DNA of 34,649 nt from the NCBI RefSeq assembly GCF_004010195.1, contig NC_057754.1, positions 3,281,427-3,316,075 of the forward strand, in the 5' to 3' direction. This DNA comes from Chiloscyllium plagiosum. Lineage: Eukaryota. Each line of letters opens with the position of its first letter. Positions within the stretch are counted from its first letter, which is position 1. This document shows, piece by piece, positions 1 to 10,315 of the stretch. Position numbers and translations under genes: made by a program. The notes under the pieces are model-generated. The model ran no database searches, was not told where the DNA came from, and saw nothing but the letters and a program-made list of their open reading frames with translations.

Positions 1-973
1 TCTGTATCTCAGTCTCTCCCCGTGCCTCTGTCTCAGTCTCTCTGTATCTCAGTCTCTCCCCGTGTCTCTGTATCAGTCTCTCTGCATCTCAGTCTCTCCC
101 CGTGTTTCTGACTCAATCTTTCTGTATCTCAGTCTCTCCCCGTGCCTCTGTCTCAGTCTCTCTGTATCTCAGTCTCTCCCCGTGTCTCTGTCTCAGTCTC
201 TCCCTGTGTCTCTGTCTCAGTCTCTCTGTATCTCAGTCTCTCCCCGTGTCTCTGTCTCAGTCTCTCTGTATCTCAGTCTCTCCCCGTGTCTCTGTCTCAG
301 TCTCTCTGTATCTCAGTCTCTCCCCGTGTCTCTGTCTCAGTCTCTCTGTATCTCAGTCTCTCCCCGTGTCTCTGTCTCAGTCTCTCTGTATCTCAGTCTC
401 TCCCCGTGTCTCTGTCTCAGTCTCTCTGTATCTCAGTCTCTCCCCGTGTCTCTGTCTCAGTCTCTCCCTCAGTCTCTCCCCGTGTCTCTGTCTCAGTCTC
501 TCCCTCAGTCTCTCCCCGTGTCTCTGTCTCAGTCTCTCCCTCAGTCTCTCCCCGTGTCTCTGTCTCAGTCTCTCCCTCAGTCTCTCCCCGTGTCTCTGTC
601 TCAGTCTCTCCCTCAGTCTCTCCCCGTGTCTCTGTCTCAGTCTCTCCCTCAGTCTCTCCCCGTGTCTCTGTCTCAGTCTCTCCCTCAGTCTCTCCCCGTG
701 TCTCTGTCTCAGTCTCTCCCTCAGTCTCTCCCCGTGTCTCTGTCTCAGTCTGTATCTCAGTCTCTCCCCGTGTCTCTGTCTCAGTCTCTCTGTATCTCAG
801 TCTCTCCCCGTGTCTCTGTCTCAGTCTCTCCCTCAGTCTCTCCCCGTGTCTCTGTCTCAGTCTCTCCCAGTGTTTCTGACTCAGTTTCTCTATATCTCAG
901 TCTCTCGCTGTGTCTCTCTCTGTGTCTCTGTGTCCGGCTCTCCCTGTATCTCTCTGTATCTATCTCTCTGTAT
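1..973. repeat. TC-rich minisatellite (40-bp unit TCTCTGTATCTCAGTCTCTCCCCGTGTCTCTGTCTCAGTC, 36-bp variant at ~460-720)
   Basis: 40-bp period visible at 223-460 and 36-bp period at ~460-720. Overlapping Ser/Leu/Val ORFs in all three + frames are repeat artefacts. Confidence 0.95.
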
Positions 974-1288
974 GATTAGACTAGATTACATTACAGTGTG
1001 GAAACAGGCCCTTCGGCCCAACAAGTCCACACCGACCCGCCGAAGTGCAACCCACCCATGCCCCTACATTTACTCCTTACCTAACACTACGGGGAATTTA
1101 GTATGGCCAACTCACCTGACCTGCACATCTTTGGACTGTGGGAGGAAACCGGAGCACCCGGAGGAAACCCACGCAGACACGGGGAGAATGTGCAAACTCC
1201 ACACAGACAGTCGCCTGAGGCTGGAATTGAACCCGGGTCTCTGGCGCTGTGAGGCAGCAGTGCTAACCACTGGGCCACCGTGATGCCC
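974..1288 (-). mobile_element. Full-length tRNA-derived V-SINE (HE1-like)
   Basis: Minus strand reads GGGCATCACGGTGGCCCAGTGGTTAGCACTG (A box), GGTTCAATTCC (B box), V-domain TTCTCCCCGTGTCTGCGTGGGTTTCCTCCGGGTGCTCCGG, CR1-type tail GGGCCGAAGGGCCTGTTTCCACACTGTAA and TAATC-type repeats. Matches the copy at 34170. Confidence 0.95.
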
Positions 1289-1297
1289 GTGCCACCG

Positions 1298-2203
1298 TAT
1301 CTCAGTCTCTCCCTGTGTCTCTCAGTCTCTGTATCTCAGTCTCTCCCTGTGTCTGTATCTCAGTCTCTCCCCGTGTCTCTGTCTCAGTCTCTGTATCTCA
1401 GTCTCTCCCCGTGTCCCTGTCTCAGTCTCTCTGTATCTCAGTCTCTCCCCGTGTCTCTGTATCAGTCTCTCTGCATCTCAGTCTCTCCCCGTGTCTCTGT
1501 CTCAGTCTCTCTGTATCTCAGTCTCTCCCTGTGTCTCTGTGTCAGTCTCTCTGCATCTCAGTCTCTCCCCGTGTCTCTGACTCAATCTTTCTGTATCTCA
1601 GTCTCTCCCTGTGTCTCTGTCTCAGTCTCTTTGTATCTCAGTCTCTCCCCGTGTGTGTCTCTGTCTCAGTCTCTTTGTATCTCAGTCTCTCCCCGTGTCT
1701 CTGTCTCAGTCTCTCCCCGTGTCTCTGACTCAATCTTTCTGTATCTCAGTCTCTCTCTGTGTCTCTGTCTCAGTCTCTTTGTATCTCAGTCTCTCCCCGT
1801 GTCTCTGTCTCAGTCTCTCCCTGTGTCTCTGTCGCAGTCTCTCTGCATCTCAGTCTCTCCCCGTGTTTCTGACTCAATCTTTCTGTATCTCAGTCTCTCC
1901 CCGTGCCTCTGTCTCAGTCTCTCTGTATCTCAGTGTCTCCCCGTGTCTCTGTCTCAGTCTCTGTATCTCAGTCTCTCCCCGTGCCTCTGTCTCAGTCTCT
2001 CTGAACCTCAGTCTCTCCCTGTGTCTCTGTCTCAGTCTCTCTGTATCTCAGTCTCTCTGTACCTCAGTCTCTCCCTGTGTCTCTGTCTCAATCTCTCTGT
2101 ATCTCAGTCTCTCCCTGTGTCTGTGTCTCTGTCTCAGTCTCTCCCCGTGTCTCTGTCTCGGTCTGTCTCTCAGTCTCTCCCCGTATTTCTGTTTCAGTCT
2201 CAG
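1298..2203. repeat. Continuation of TC-rich minisatellite (more diverged)
   Basis: Same TCTCAGTCTCTCCCCGTGTCTCTG units resume after the SINE; a further decayed part lies at ~2601-2815. Confidence 0.93.
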
Positions 2204-2600
2204 TAAATCCCTTTGTTAGATTAGAAGCTGTCTGAACGTTGGGGCACAGACAGCCTCACCCCTTCAATACATTATCTTTGCCGATATGGCACCTACTGTT
2301 AAAGTTGAGAATGTAACTTTAAAAAAAAGTTCTGGGATTTACACATGAATGAACTGAAACCAACATGGTCATTCTAAAAGATGAGAGACTTAACAAACAA
2401 TCCAGGTCTTTTTCAACATATAATTTCAGGTACATCTCACTGTAAACGTTTGCTATAAATTCTGTGTCTTACAATCTTACACCCGATGAAGGGGCAGCGC
2501 TCCGAAAGCTAGTGCTTCCAAATAAACCTGTTGGACTGTCACCTGGTGTTGTGTGATTTTTAACTTTGTCCACCCCAGCCCAACGCCGGCCCCTCCAAAT
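2204..2600 (+). mobile_element. Penelope-like element 3' fragment with hammerhead-like motif
   Basis: AT-rich insert in the satellite. Its 3' ~120 bp (GAAAGCTAGTGCTTCCAAATAAACCTGTTGG...GTGTGATTTTTAACTTTGT) recurs at 5762-5887. Confidence 0.75.
2480..2514 (+). ncRNA. Degenerate minimal hammerhead ribozyme (core CUGAUGA mutated to CCGAUGA)
   Basis: cac-CCGATGA-a-GGGGC agc GCTCC-GAAA-GCTA-gtg. Stem I is cac/gtg, stem II is GGGGC/GCTCC with one G.U pair, stem III is the palindrome AGCT, and the predicted cleavage triplet is CUA. Confidence 0.7.
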
Positions 2601-2815
2601 CTCTCCATCTCAGTCTCTGTTTCAGCTTGTCTCAGTCTCTCTCTGTGTCTCTGCCTTAGTCTCTGTCTCAGGCTCTCCCTGCGACTCAGTCTCAATCTTT
2701 CTGTATCTCAGTCTCTCTCAGTATGGCTCAGTCTCTCTGTCAGTCCCTGTCTCTGTTTTTCTCCTCTCTCTCTCTCTCTGTCACAGTCCTGTCTCTGCCT
2801 CTCTCTCTCTCTCTC

Positions 2816-4060
2816 GTGCCCACTCCCTCAGCACTGACCCTCCGACAGTGCCCACTCCCTCAGCACTGACCCTCCGACAGTGCCCACTCCCTCAGCACTG
2901 ACCCTCCGACAGTGCCCACTCCCTCAGCACTGACCCTCCGACAGTGCCCACTCCCTCAGCACTGACCCTCCGACAGTGCCCACTCCCTCAGCACTGACCC
3001 TCCGACAGTGCCCACTCCCTCAGCACTGACCCTCCGACAGTGCCCACTCCCTCAGCACTGACCCTCCGACAGTGCCCACTCCCTCAGCACTGACCCTCCG
3101 ACAGTGCCCACTCCCTCAGCACTGACCCTCCGACAGTGCCCACTCCCTCAGCACTGACCCTCCGACAGTGCCCACTCCCTCAGCACTGACCCTCCGACAG
3201 TGCCCACTCCCTCAGCACTGACCCTCCGACAGTGCCCACTCCCTCAGCACTGACCCTCCGACAGTGCCCACTCCCTCAGCACTGACCCTCCGACAGTGCC
3301 CACTCCCTCAGCACTGACCCTCCGACAGTGCCCACTCCCTCAGCACTGACCCTCCGACAGTGCCCACTCCCTCAGCACTGACCCTCCGACAGTGCCCACT
3401 CCCTCAGCACTGACCCTCCGACAGTGCCCACTCCCTCAGCACTGACCCTCCGACAGTGCCCACTCCCTCAGCACTGACCCTCCGACAGTGCCCACTCCCT
3501 CAGCACTGACCCTCCGACAGTGCCCACTCCCTCAGCACTGACCCTCCGACAGTGCCCACTCCCTCAGCACTGACCCTCCGACAGTGCCCACTCCCTCAGC
3601 ACTGACCCTCCGACAGTGCCCACTCCCTCAGCACTGACCCTCCGACAGTGCCCACTCCCTCAGCACTGACCCTCCGACAGTGCCCACTCCCTCAGCACTG
3701 ACCCTCCGACAGTGCCCACTCCCTCAGCACTGACCCTCCGACAGTGCCCACTCCCTCAGCACTGACCCTCCGACAGTGCCCACTCCCTCAGCACTGACCC
3801 TCCGACAGTGCCCACTCCCTCAGCACTGACCCTCCGACAGTGCCCACTCCCTCAGCACTGACCCTCCGACAGTGCCCACTCCCTCAGCACTGACCCTCCG
3901 ACAGTGCCCACTCCCTCAGCACTGACCCTCCGACAGTGCCCACTCCCTCAGCACTGACCCTCCGACAGTGCCCACTCCCTCAGCACTGACCCTCCGACAG
4001 GGCCCGCTCCCTCAGCACTGACCCTCCGACAGTGCCTACTCCCTCAGCACTGACCCTCTG
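2816..4060. repeat. Near-perfect 32-bp minisatellite GTGCCCACTCCCTCAGCACTGACCCTCCGACA (~39 copies)
   Basis: Exact 32-bp period, with variants only in the last ~2 units. Confidence 0.97.
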
Positions 4061-4064
4061 ACCC

Positions 4065-4325
4065 TCGGGTCCGGAAGGGCCTGAGGGGGTGGTGTCACCG
4101 TGCGGTTGTTTGGCCGGTTGGGCCTGTCGTGTTGTCTGTGGTGGTTTAACCACGGGGCGGAGAATGTTCCGGAAGGGAAACAGCAGGTGGAATCCGTGGA
4201 GGCGGCTGACGTGGTGAGCTGAGTGACGTGGGAGAGTGGAGGCCCCAAACAGCCTGTTCCGGGCTCTCTCCCTGTGCGTGTGTCAGGGGCGAGGCCTTCG
4301 TGGGGGATCTCCCTTCCTCCTGGGT
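4065..4325. promoter_or_regulatory. GC/CpG-rich promoter-like island
   Basis: ETS-type CCGGAAG at 4071 and 4169, GC box GGGGCGG at 4154, CRE/ATF-like TGACGTG at 4207 and 4224, possible + strand donor GTG|GTGAGC at 4214. CpG density is well above the other unique sequence. Truncated by the gap. Confidence 0.55.
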
Positions 4326-4825
4326 NNNNNNNNNNNNNNNNNNNNNNNNNNNNNNNNNNNNNNNNNNNNNNNNNNNNNNNNNNNNNNNNNNNNNNNNNNN
4401 NNNNNNNNNNNNNNNNNNNNNNNNNNNNNNNNNNNNNNNNNNNNNNNNNNNNNNNNNNNNNNNNNNNNNNNNNNNNNNNNNNNNNNNNNNNNNNNNNNNN
4501 NNNNNNNNNNNNNNNNNNNNNNNNNNNNNNNNNNNNNNNNNNNNNNNNNNNNNNNNNNNNNNNNNNNNNNNNNNNNNNNNNNNNNNNNNNNNNNNNNNNN
4601 NNNNNNNNNNNNNNNNNNNNNNNNNNNNNNNNNNNNNNNNNNNNNNNNNNNNNNNNNNNNNNNNNNNNNNNNNNNNNNNNNNNNNNNNNNNNNNNNNNNN
4701 NNNNNNNNNNNNNNNNNNNNNNNNNNNNNNNNNNNNNNNNNNNNNNNNNNNNNNNNNNNNNNNNNNNNNNNNNNNNNNNNNNNNNNNNNNNNNNNNNNNN
4801 NNNNNNNNNNNNNNNNNNNNNNNNN
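4326..4825. other. Assembly gap (500 N)
   Basis: N run; the round size suggests a placeholder length. Confidence 0.99.
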
Positions 4826-5030
4826 GCGAATGTTCCTGTTGTATCTGATCCCCTTGCCTTTTCAGGCAGCACATCCCAGAACTCGCCACCTGAAACAAAA
4901 CATTCTCACCTCCTCAGTTTCGTTTCCCATTTCTCTTCAGTCTGTGTCCCTCTGGTTATTGACCCTCCTGCTGTTGGGAACAGTTTCCACCTTTCTACTT
5001 TCCGGCTCCCTCCGAATTGCCTCTGGATAA
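4826..5030 (-). mobile_element. Decayed CR1 LINE 3' region
   Basis: Minus strand resembles the CR1 ORF2 C-terminus (GAAACTGTTCCC...ACCAGAGGGACACAG...GATGTGCTGCCTGAAAAG). Confidence 0.55.
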
Positions 5031-5129
5031 TCTCCCAGAGGCTGACGCTACTGCAGGAGAGCTGCCCTCTCTGAGAAGCTGTCTTTCAGAGATTTCACCC
5101 CTGTGCGTCCAGCTAGCGGGCAGAGCTGA

Positions 5130-5340
5130 AAGATCCCAGGTCCTTTATTGGAAGGACAGTCGCTGGGCGCTCTCTGCCGTGGCCTGGAGCCAGTATTTGT
5201 TCCTCAACCTCCCTCAGAAAACCAAACATCTGACTCATTGGTACTGTCTACGGGAGCTTATTGTGTACACACACGCACACACACACTTTGGGATGGTCCT
5301 CCAGTTGTGAAAGGTGCTAGGCAAATGCAAAGTCTGTCTT
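5130..5340 (+). mobile_element. Decayed Deu-domain SINE (SacSINE1-like) 3' part
   Basis: CCTGGAGCCAGTATTTGTTCCTCAACC...GGGAGCTTATTGTGT...CACTTTGGGATG...GTGAAAGGTGCTAGGCAAATGCAAAGTCT. Confidence 0.6.
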
Positions 5341-5735
5341 CGCCTGGGAAACCTTGTATTTGGTACAGAAACATGCGGCAATGCTGGAGGTACTGTCCTG
5401 TGGTTCAAGTATGAGGCCAGGCCCTGCCGCCTTGTGAAACCGAACATGAAGGATCACACGCTACATTTTTTGGAAAAGCAAGGTATTCTCCTGGACAACA
5501 TTCACATTCAGCTCAAACCACCCACAACTGGCCTTCATAACCCCGATCCAATTCAGCATGGGACTCGGCTACCAAACCTTTCCAAACTCCCATTAATTAA
5601 CCCTCCCAGGAGGCTACAGTCCGATCGGAACAGAACACTGAGGCACTTTATTAAACTGGGATTGATTGACAACCAGGTAGACTTATTGAAGGAGCTTTAC
5701 TCTGGTTTGAACCCTGTGCTGTCCCTATCCTGGGG

Positions 5736-5887
5736 GTTAGTTAAAAATCACACCTGATAACCACTTGTTGAAGGAGCAGCGCACCGAAAGCTAGTGTGCT
5801 TCCAAATAAACCTGTTGGTCTATAACCTGGTGTTGTGTGATTTTTAACTTTGTACACCCCAGTCCAACACCGGCATCTCCACATCAT
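5736..5887 (+). mobile_element. Short PLE insertion with 5' inverted segment and decayed hammerhead
   Basis: AGTTAAAAATCACAC (5739-5753) is the reverse complement of GTGTGATTTTTAACT (~5835-5849). Motif cac-TTGTTGA-aGGAGC agc GCACC-GAAAGCTA-gtg at 5762-5795. TCCTGGG lies on both flanks. Confidence 0.75.
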
Positions 5888-5999
5888 GTCCTGGGAGTGT
5901 TTGATGGGGGATAGTGGAAAAGCTTTATTCTGTATCTAACTCTGTACTGTCCCTGTCCTGGGGAGTGTTTAATGGAGGGAACAGTGTAGAGGGAGCTTT

Positions 6000-6186
6000 G
6001 AACTGAAAAATGTGTTGCTGGAAAAGCGCAGATAAGTCTGCTAAAAAGCTAAGTTAAAAGCCTGCTTGGCACACCTTCCTCATTCCTGAAGAAGGGCTTA
6101 TGCCCGAAACATCGATTCTCCTTGCGCTTTTCCAGCAACACATTTTTCAGCTCGGATCTCCAGCATCTGCAGTCCTCACTTTCTCC
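6000..6186 (+). mobile_element. Fold-back PLE insertion with hammerhead motif and 14-bp TSD
   Basis: 28-bp inverted arms at 6003-6030 and 6123-6150. Motif attc-CTGAAGA-aGGGC ttat GCCC-GAAAC ATC-gatt at 6082-6117. GTAGAGGGAGCTTT is duplicated at 5986-5999 and 6187-6200. Confidence 0.82.
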
Positions 6187-8072
6187 GTAGAGGGAGCTTT
6201 ACTCTGTATCTAACTCTGTGTAGTACCTGTCCTGGGAGTGTTTGATGGGGGGACAGTGTAGAGGGAAGCTTCACTCTGTATCTAACTCTGTGCTGTCCCT
6301 GTCCTGGGGAATGTTTGATGGGGAGGACAGTGTAGAGGGAAACTTCACTCTGTATCTAACCGCGTGCTGTCCCTGTCCTGGGGGGATAGTATAGAGGGAA
6401 GCTTCACTTGGTAAGTAACTGTGTGTGTAGTACCTGTCCTGGGAGTGTTTGATGTCAGTGTAGAGGGAAGCTTCACTCTGTATCTAACTGTGTAATACTT
6501 ATCCTGGGAGTGTTTGATCGGGGACAGTGTAGAGAAAGCTTGTCTCTGTATCTAACCCCATGCTGTCCCTGTCCTGGGAGTGTTTGATGGGGGGACAGTG
6601 TAGAGGGAGCTTTACTCTGTGTCTAACCCCGTGCTGTCCCTGTCCTGGGGGTGCTTGTTGGGGGACAGTGTAGAGAGAGCTTTACTCTGTATCTAACCCC
6701 GTGCTGTCCCTGTCCTGGGGGTGCTTGATGGGGGGACAGTGTAGAGGGAGCTTTACTCTGTATCTAACCCCGTGCTGTCCCTGTCCTAGGGGTGCTTGAT
6801 GGGGGACAGTGTAGAGAGAGCTTTACTCTGTATCTAACCCCGTGCTGTTCCTGTCCTGGGGGTGCTTGATGGGGGGGACAGTGTAGAGGGAGCTTTACTC
6901 TGTATCTAACCCCGTGCTGTCCCTGTCATGGGGGTGCTTGATGGGGGGACAGTGTAGAGGGAGCTTTACTCTGTATCTAACCCCGTGCTGTCCCTGTCCT
7001 GGGAGTGTTTGATGGGGGACAGTGTAGAGGGAGCTTTACTCTGTATCTAACCCCGTGCTGTCCCTGTCATGGGGGTGTTTGATGGGGGACAGTGTAGAGG
7101 GAGCTTTGCTCTGTATATAACCCCGTGCTGTCCCTGTCCCTGGGTGTTTGATGGGGGACAGTGTAGAGGGAGCTTTGCTCTGTATCTAACCCCGTGCTGT
7201 CCCTGTCCTGGGAGTGTTTGATGGGGGACAGTGTAGAGGGAGCTTTACTCTGTATCCAACCCCGTGCTGTCCCTGTCCTGGGAGTGCTTGATGGGGATGC
7301 AATCAGGGACATAGCAAAGGGAACCTGAAGGTAGGAAAGGATTAACAATATAACACGGGGAGACCTCATAATGGAGAAATGTCTTGTACAAAAACAACGC
7401 TCACTCAAACTCCGATCCGGTGGGAAGTGGGTAACCGAGGCGGTGGTGCAACGAGCTGTGACATGAAAGATTAGCCAAACCCCTCAGGACATTTTTAGTT
7501 GGCCAGCAGATCTGGAAATGAAGACATCTACTGAATTTATCAGAGCACAAGGTTTTTTTAAAAAGGCATAGTGTTGGCAGCTGTAGGACAGCTCCTAGAG
7601 AGTTTCTGACTTGGCAAAATGTGTGTTGTGGATGCAGCAAGTGCTGATGCCTGTCAGAACAATCTCGCATGTCTATAGCGCCTCTCTCGACCTCTGGATG
7701 CCTCCAATCGCTTCACACCCAACGAAGCTCTTTTGTTCTGCCTCTATTCCACAGCAAGCTCCCACAAACAACTAACTGATAACCTCCCAGCATGTGTGCT
7801 CCTTGAGCCTACATTTTGGCCCCAAAGATGTGGGGGAGGACTAGACTCGCCCCACCTGCCTGCGCTTGTCCCCGACTTGGACTATGGGATCTGTTCCAGA
7901 GGGGACCTGGGGTCTTGGCTCGAACAATCACTTGGAAGGTGGTACTGCTGACACTGCAGCACTAACCCCACACTCTCAGTGGGTTTAGGTATCTGGAGAG
8001 GAAGATCCACGTCTCAGAGATAGGAAGCCAGCGCATCTGCACTGGAGAAACTCAATGCCTTCCAGGGTGGAG

Positions 8073-8700
8073 AAGCAACTATTAATGAAGAGATCCAGCA
8101 CTGCCTCCAGTGTGATCGCATAGCCTTCAGCCCCTTGAGGAAAAGGGTATTCGAGGACAACATCTGATCCGACACCAAGCTGTGGTGGCTCTGAGACATA
8201 GACTGTCTACAGCAGGCACCTCAAGGCACTGCAGCAGTCCCACCAATCCTGTCAATCTGCTGGGAAGAAAGATGCACCCAACACCAGTGTCCTTGACCAG
8301 GCCGACAGCCCCAGTACAGAGGCATTGATGGCCCTTGATCGGCTGTGATGGGCTGGGAACATTGTCTGACACGAGATTCCCTGAGCAGGTGCTCTATTCC
8401 CAGCTGAAACAGCAGGCGAGCCCCACGTGGACTGGCCTCACCGGCAAAGTGCGGAATTCCCATGGACACTTGGGAATCACTGGCTGAAGACTGTCCAAAG
8501 TGGAGGAGAAGCATGCAGGAAGGTGTTAGGCACCTCGGGACTTGCCGTTGGGGAAAAGTGGATGCCGGGTGAAAGGATCGCCCTGCCACACCAACGGCCC
8601 CACCCAGCCCACCTGCGGTCGCCCCATCAGCCGCCTACGGACTCACCTTGAGTGTGGAACAGAGTCATCCTCATCTGTGAGGGGCCACCAATGAATGAAT
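8073..8700 (+). mobile_element. RTE-clade LINE 3' fragment (frameshifted ORF C-terminus)
   Basis: Conceptual peptides INEEIQHCLQC..LRKRVFED, VYSRHLKAL, NTSVLDQA, RFPEQVLYSQL, KCGIPMDTWESLAEDCPKWRR; (ATGA)n tail. Confidence 0.8.
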
Positions 8701-8769
8701 TAGTTAGATCTCCCAGGAACTCAGTGCCACTGAAGTGGGTACCAAGCCCAAGATATGGTGCAGTAGCCT

Positions 8770-10055
8770 CAGACTGTGATGGAATAACACCCCCTCCCCC
8801 ATTGCCCTGGATTGGTGCACCTAAGAAGCTCAACACCATCCAGGACAAAGCAGCTGCTGGACTGGCAGCAAGATTGCTGCGTATGCTTCAGCCTTATCCT
8901 TTGCACCGACATGTTGGGCTCTTCCATCATTGAGAATGGGAAGGTCTGTGAAGACTCCTCCTCCAGTGGGTTGGTCAATTGCCCACCACCATTCACACCC
9001 TGATGTGGCAGGACTCCAGAGCTTCGATCTGATCTGTTGGTTGTGGGATCGCTTAGCTGTGTGTTATGGACCAGACCAAACTGCCTCAAAATACATTAAG
9101 AAGATAGCTTAGACCCTAGCTTTTTCATTTTTTTACAGGTAAGTGTAAGGTGTTGCAGTCCAGATGCAATTCGATTGGTCAAACTACTCAACTTTAAGCA
9201 AACCACACTTTCTTTCTTGCTTAACTGTAACGCTATTGAAATGCTTAACAAAGTAATATATATTAACTACTACTAATTAACTGCTCTAATATAGTAACAT
9301 CCCATAAACACACCCTAAGCAAAGGCAAATTCAGTAAAATACATGCAATTCTAGCAGCAGGGCAAGAACCCCAGCTTTCAGTTGTAACAGAAAGAGCAAT
9401 AAGAGCTTCCACATCCAGCTTCAAGACCCCAGCAATTGCTACTGAAAGCTAGAATTAAAAATCTTGATTCTGTGGGAGCCTGACGCCACCCATTCAGGCT
9501 GCTTCTATTGTTCCAACTTTTTAAAAAACCGCAAGGATTCACAATGTGTTTATTGGCTTTGAGCAGACTGCTCGACACCTCTGTCTCAACCTTTGTCCAT
9601 GAAACAACAGGAGAAAATATATCTCTTAAAGCCGTTGTATTATCACATGTGTCTATCACTTGCTGCTTAGGCTGTTTGGTATATGATTACCAACATTTTC
9701 CATGTTTGGTAGCTTCATCAGGTCAACACCTCAGCTTTAGGTCTGCCTGGTGCTGCATGCCCTCCTGCACTCTCCATTGAACTAGGGTTAATCCCCTGCA
9801 TTGATGGTAATGGTTGATTCGGGCATATGCCTGGCCATGAGATTGCAGGATTGTGCTGAAGTACAATTCTGCTGTTGTTGATGGCCCACAGCGCCTCATG
9901 GATGCCCATGAGTCTTAAGGCAAAACATTGGAACATTGGCCAGCATTGCAGGTCTACCTCCAGCACACAAGTGCAGCACTTCAGGGGGCAATTAGGGATG
10001 GGCGATAAATGCAGAGCCTTGCCAGAGATGCACAGATCCTCTGAATGGTGAAAAA
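8770..10055. mobile_element. Old CR1-group non-LTR retrotransposon remnant (clade unresolved), apparently internally inverted and split by a solo LTR
   Basis: + strand 8770-8870 gives KKLNTIQDKAA. Segments ~8871-9061 and 9648-9910 appear to be minus strand. + strand 3' tail GGGCAATTAGGGATGGGCGATAAATG at ~9986. Confidence 0.6.
9062..9647. mobile_element. Solo LTR (586 bp, Gypsy/ERV-type)
   Basis: TGTTAT...ATCACA termini (TG..CA, imperfect inverted ends). 4-bp TSD TGTG at 9058-9061 and 9648-9651. Removing it gives a continuous flank GCTTAGCTGTGTCTATCACTTG. Confidence 0.85.
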
Positions 10056-10315
10056 AGACCTCCCTGAGGCAGAGAGGTGACCGGCAATGAAGGCCGGTGG
10101 GAAGCAAGCCTCCTGGCCAGCCTGCTGTCAGCTGTCAGCCTGGTAACAGGGCCTTTCATGCATTCAGGGCCCCGCAGCTGGTTAGGCATCTCCCTCGCAA
10201 AAACAATGACTGCAGATGCTGGAAACCAGATTCTGGATTAGTGATGCTGGAAGAGCACAGCAGTTCAGGCAGCATCCAAGGAGTTTCGAAATCGACGTTT
10301 CGGGCAAAAGCCCTT

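Larger units (their letters stand above)
5690..7296. repeat. ~70-bp minisatellite (GTAGAGGGAGCTTTACTCTGTATCTAACCCCGTGCTGTCCCTGTCCTGGGAGTGTTTGATGGGGGACAGT)
   Basis: Period of 70-72 bp (e.g. 6601, 6671, 6742); interrupted by two PLE inserts. Confidence 0.95.

Noticed and set aside
62..2219. Long Ser/Leu/Val-rich ORFs
   Set aside because: Open in all three frames because the TC-rich satellite lacks stops.
2816..4060. CRISPR-like array of ~32-bp repeats (also 15042, 20105, 24263)
   Set aside because: Units are head-to-tail with no unique spacers, there are no cas genes, and the context is vertebrate.
4036..5074. ORFs spanning N runs (also 10555-11458)
   Set aside because: Their length is due to the assembly gaps.
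5314..5757. 147-aa ORF
   Set aside because: Starts in a SINE tail, ends in satellite/PLE sequence, and has no recognisable domain.
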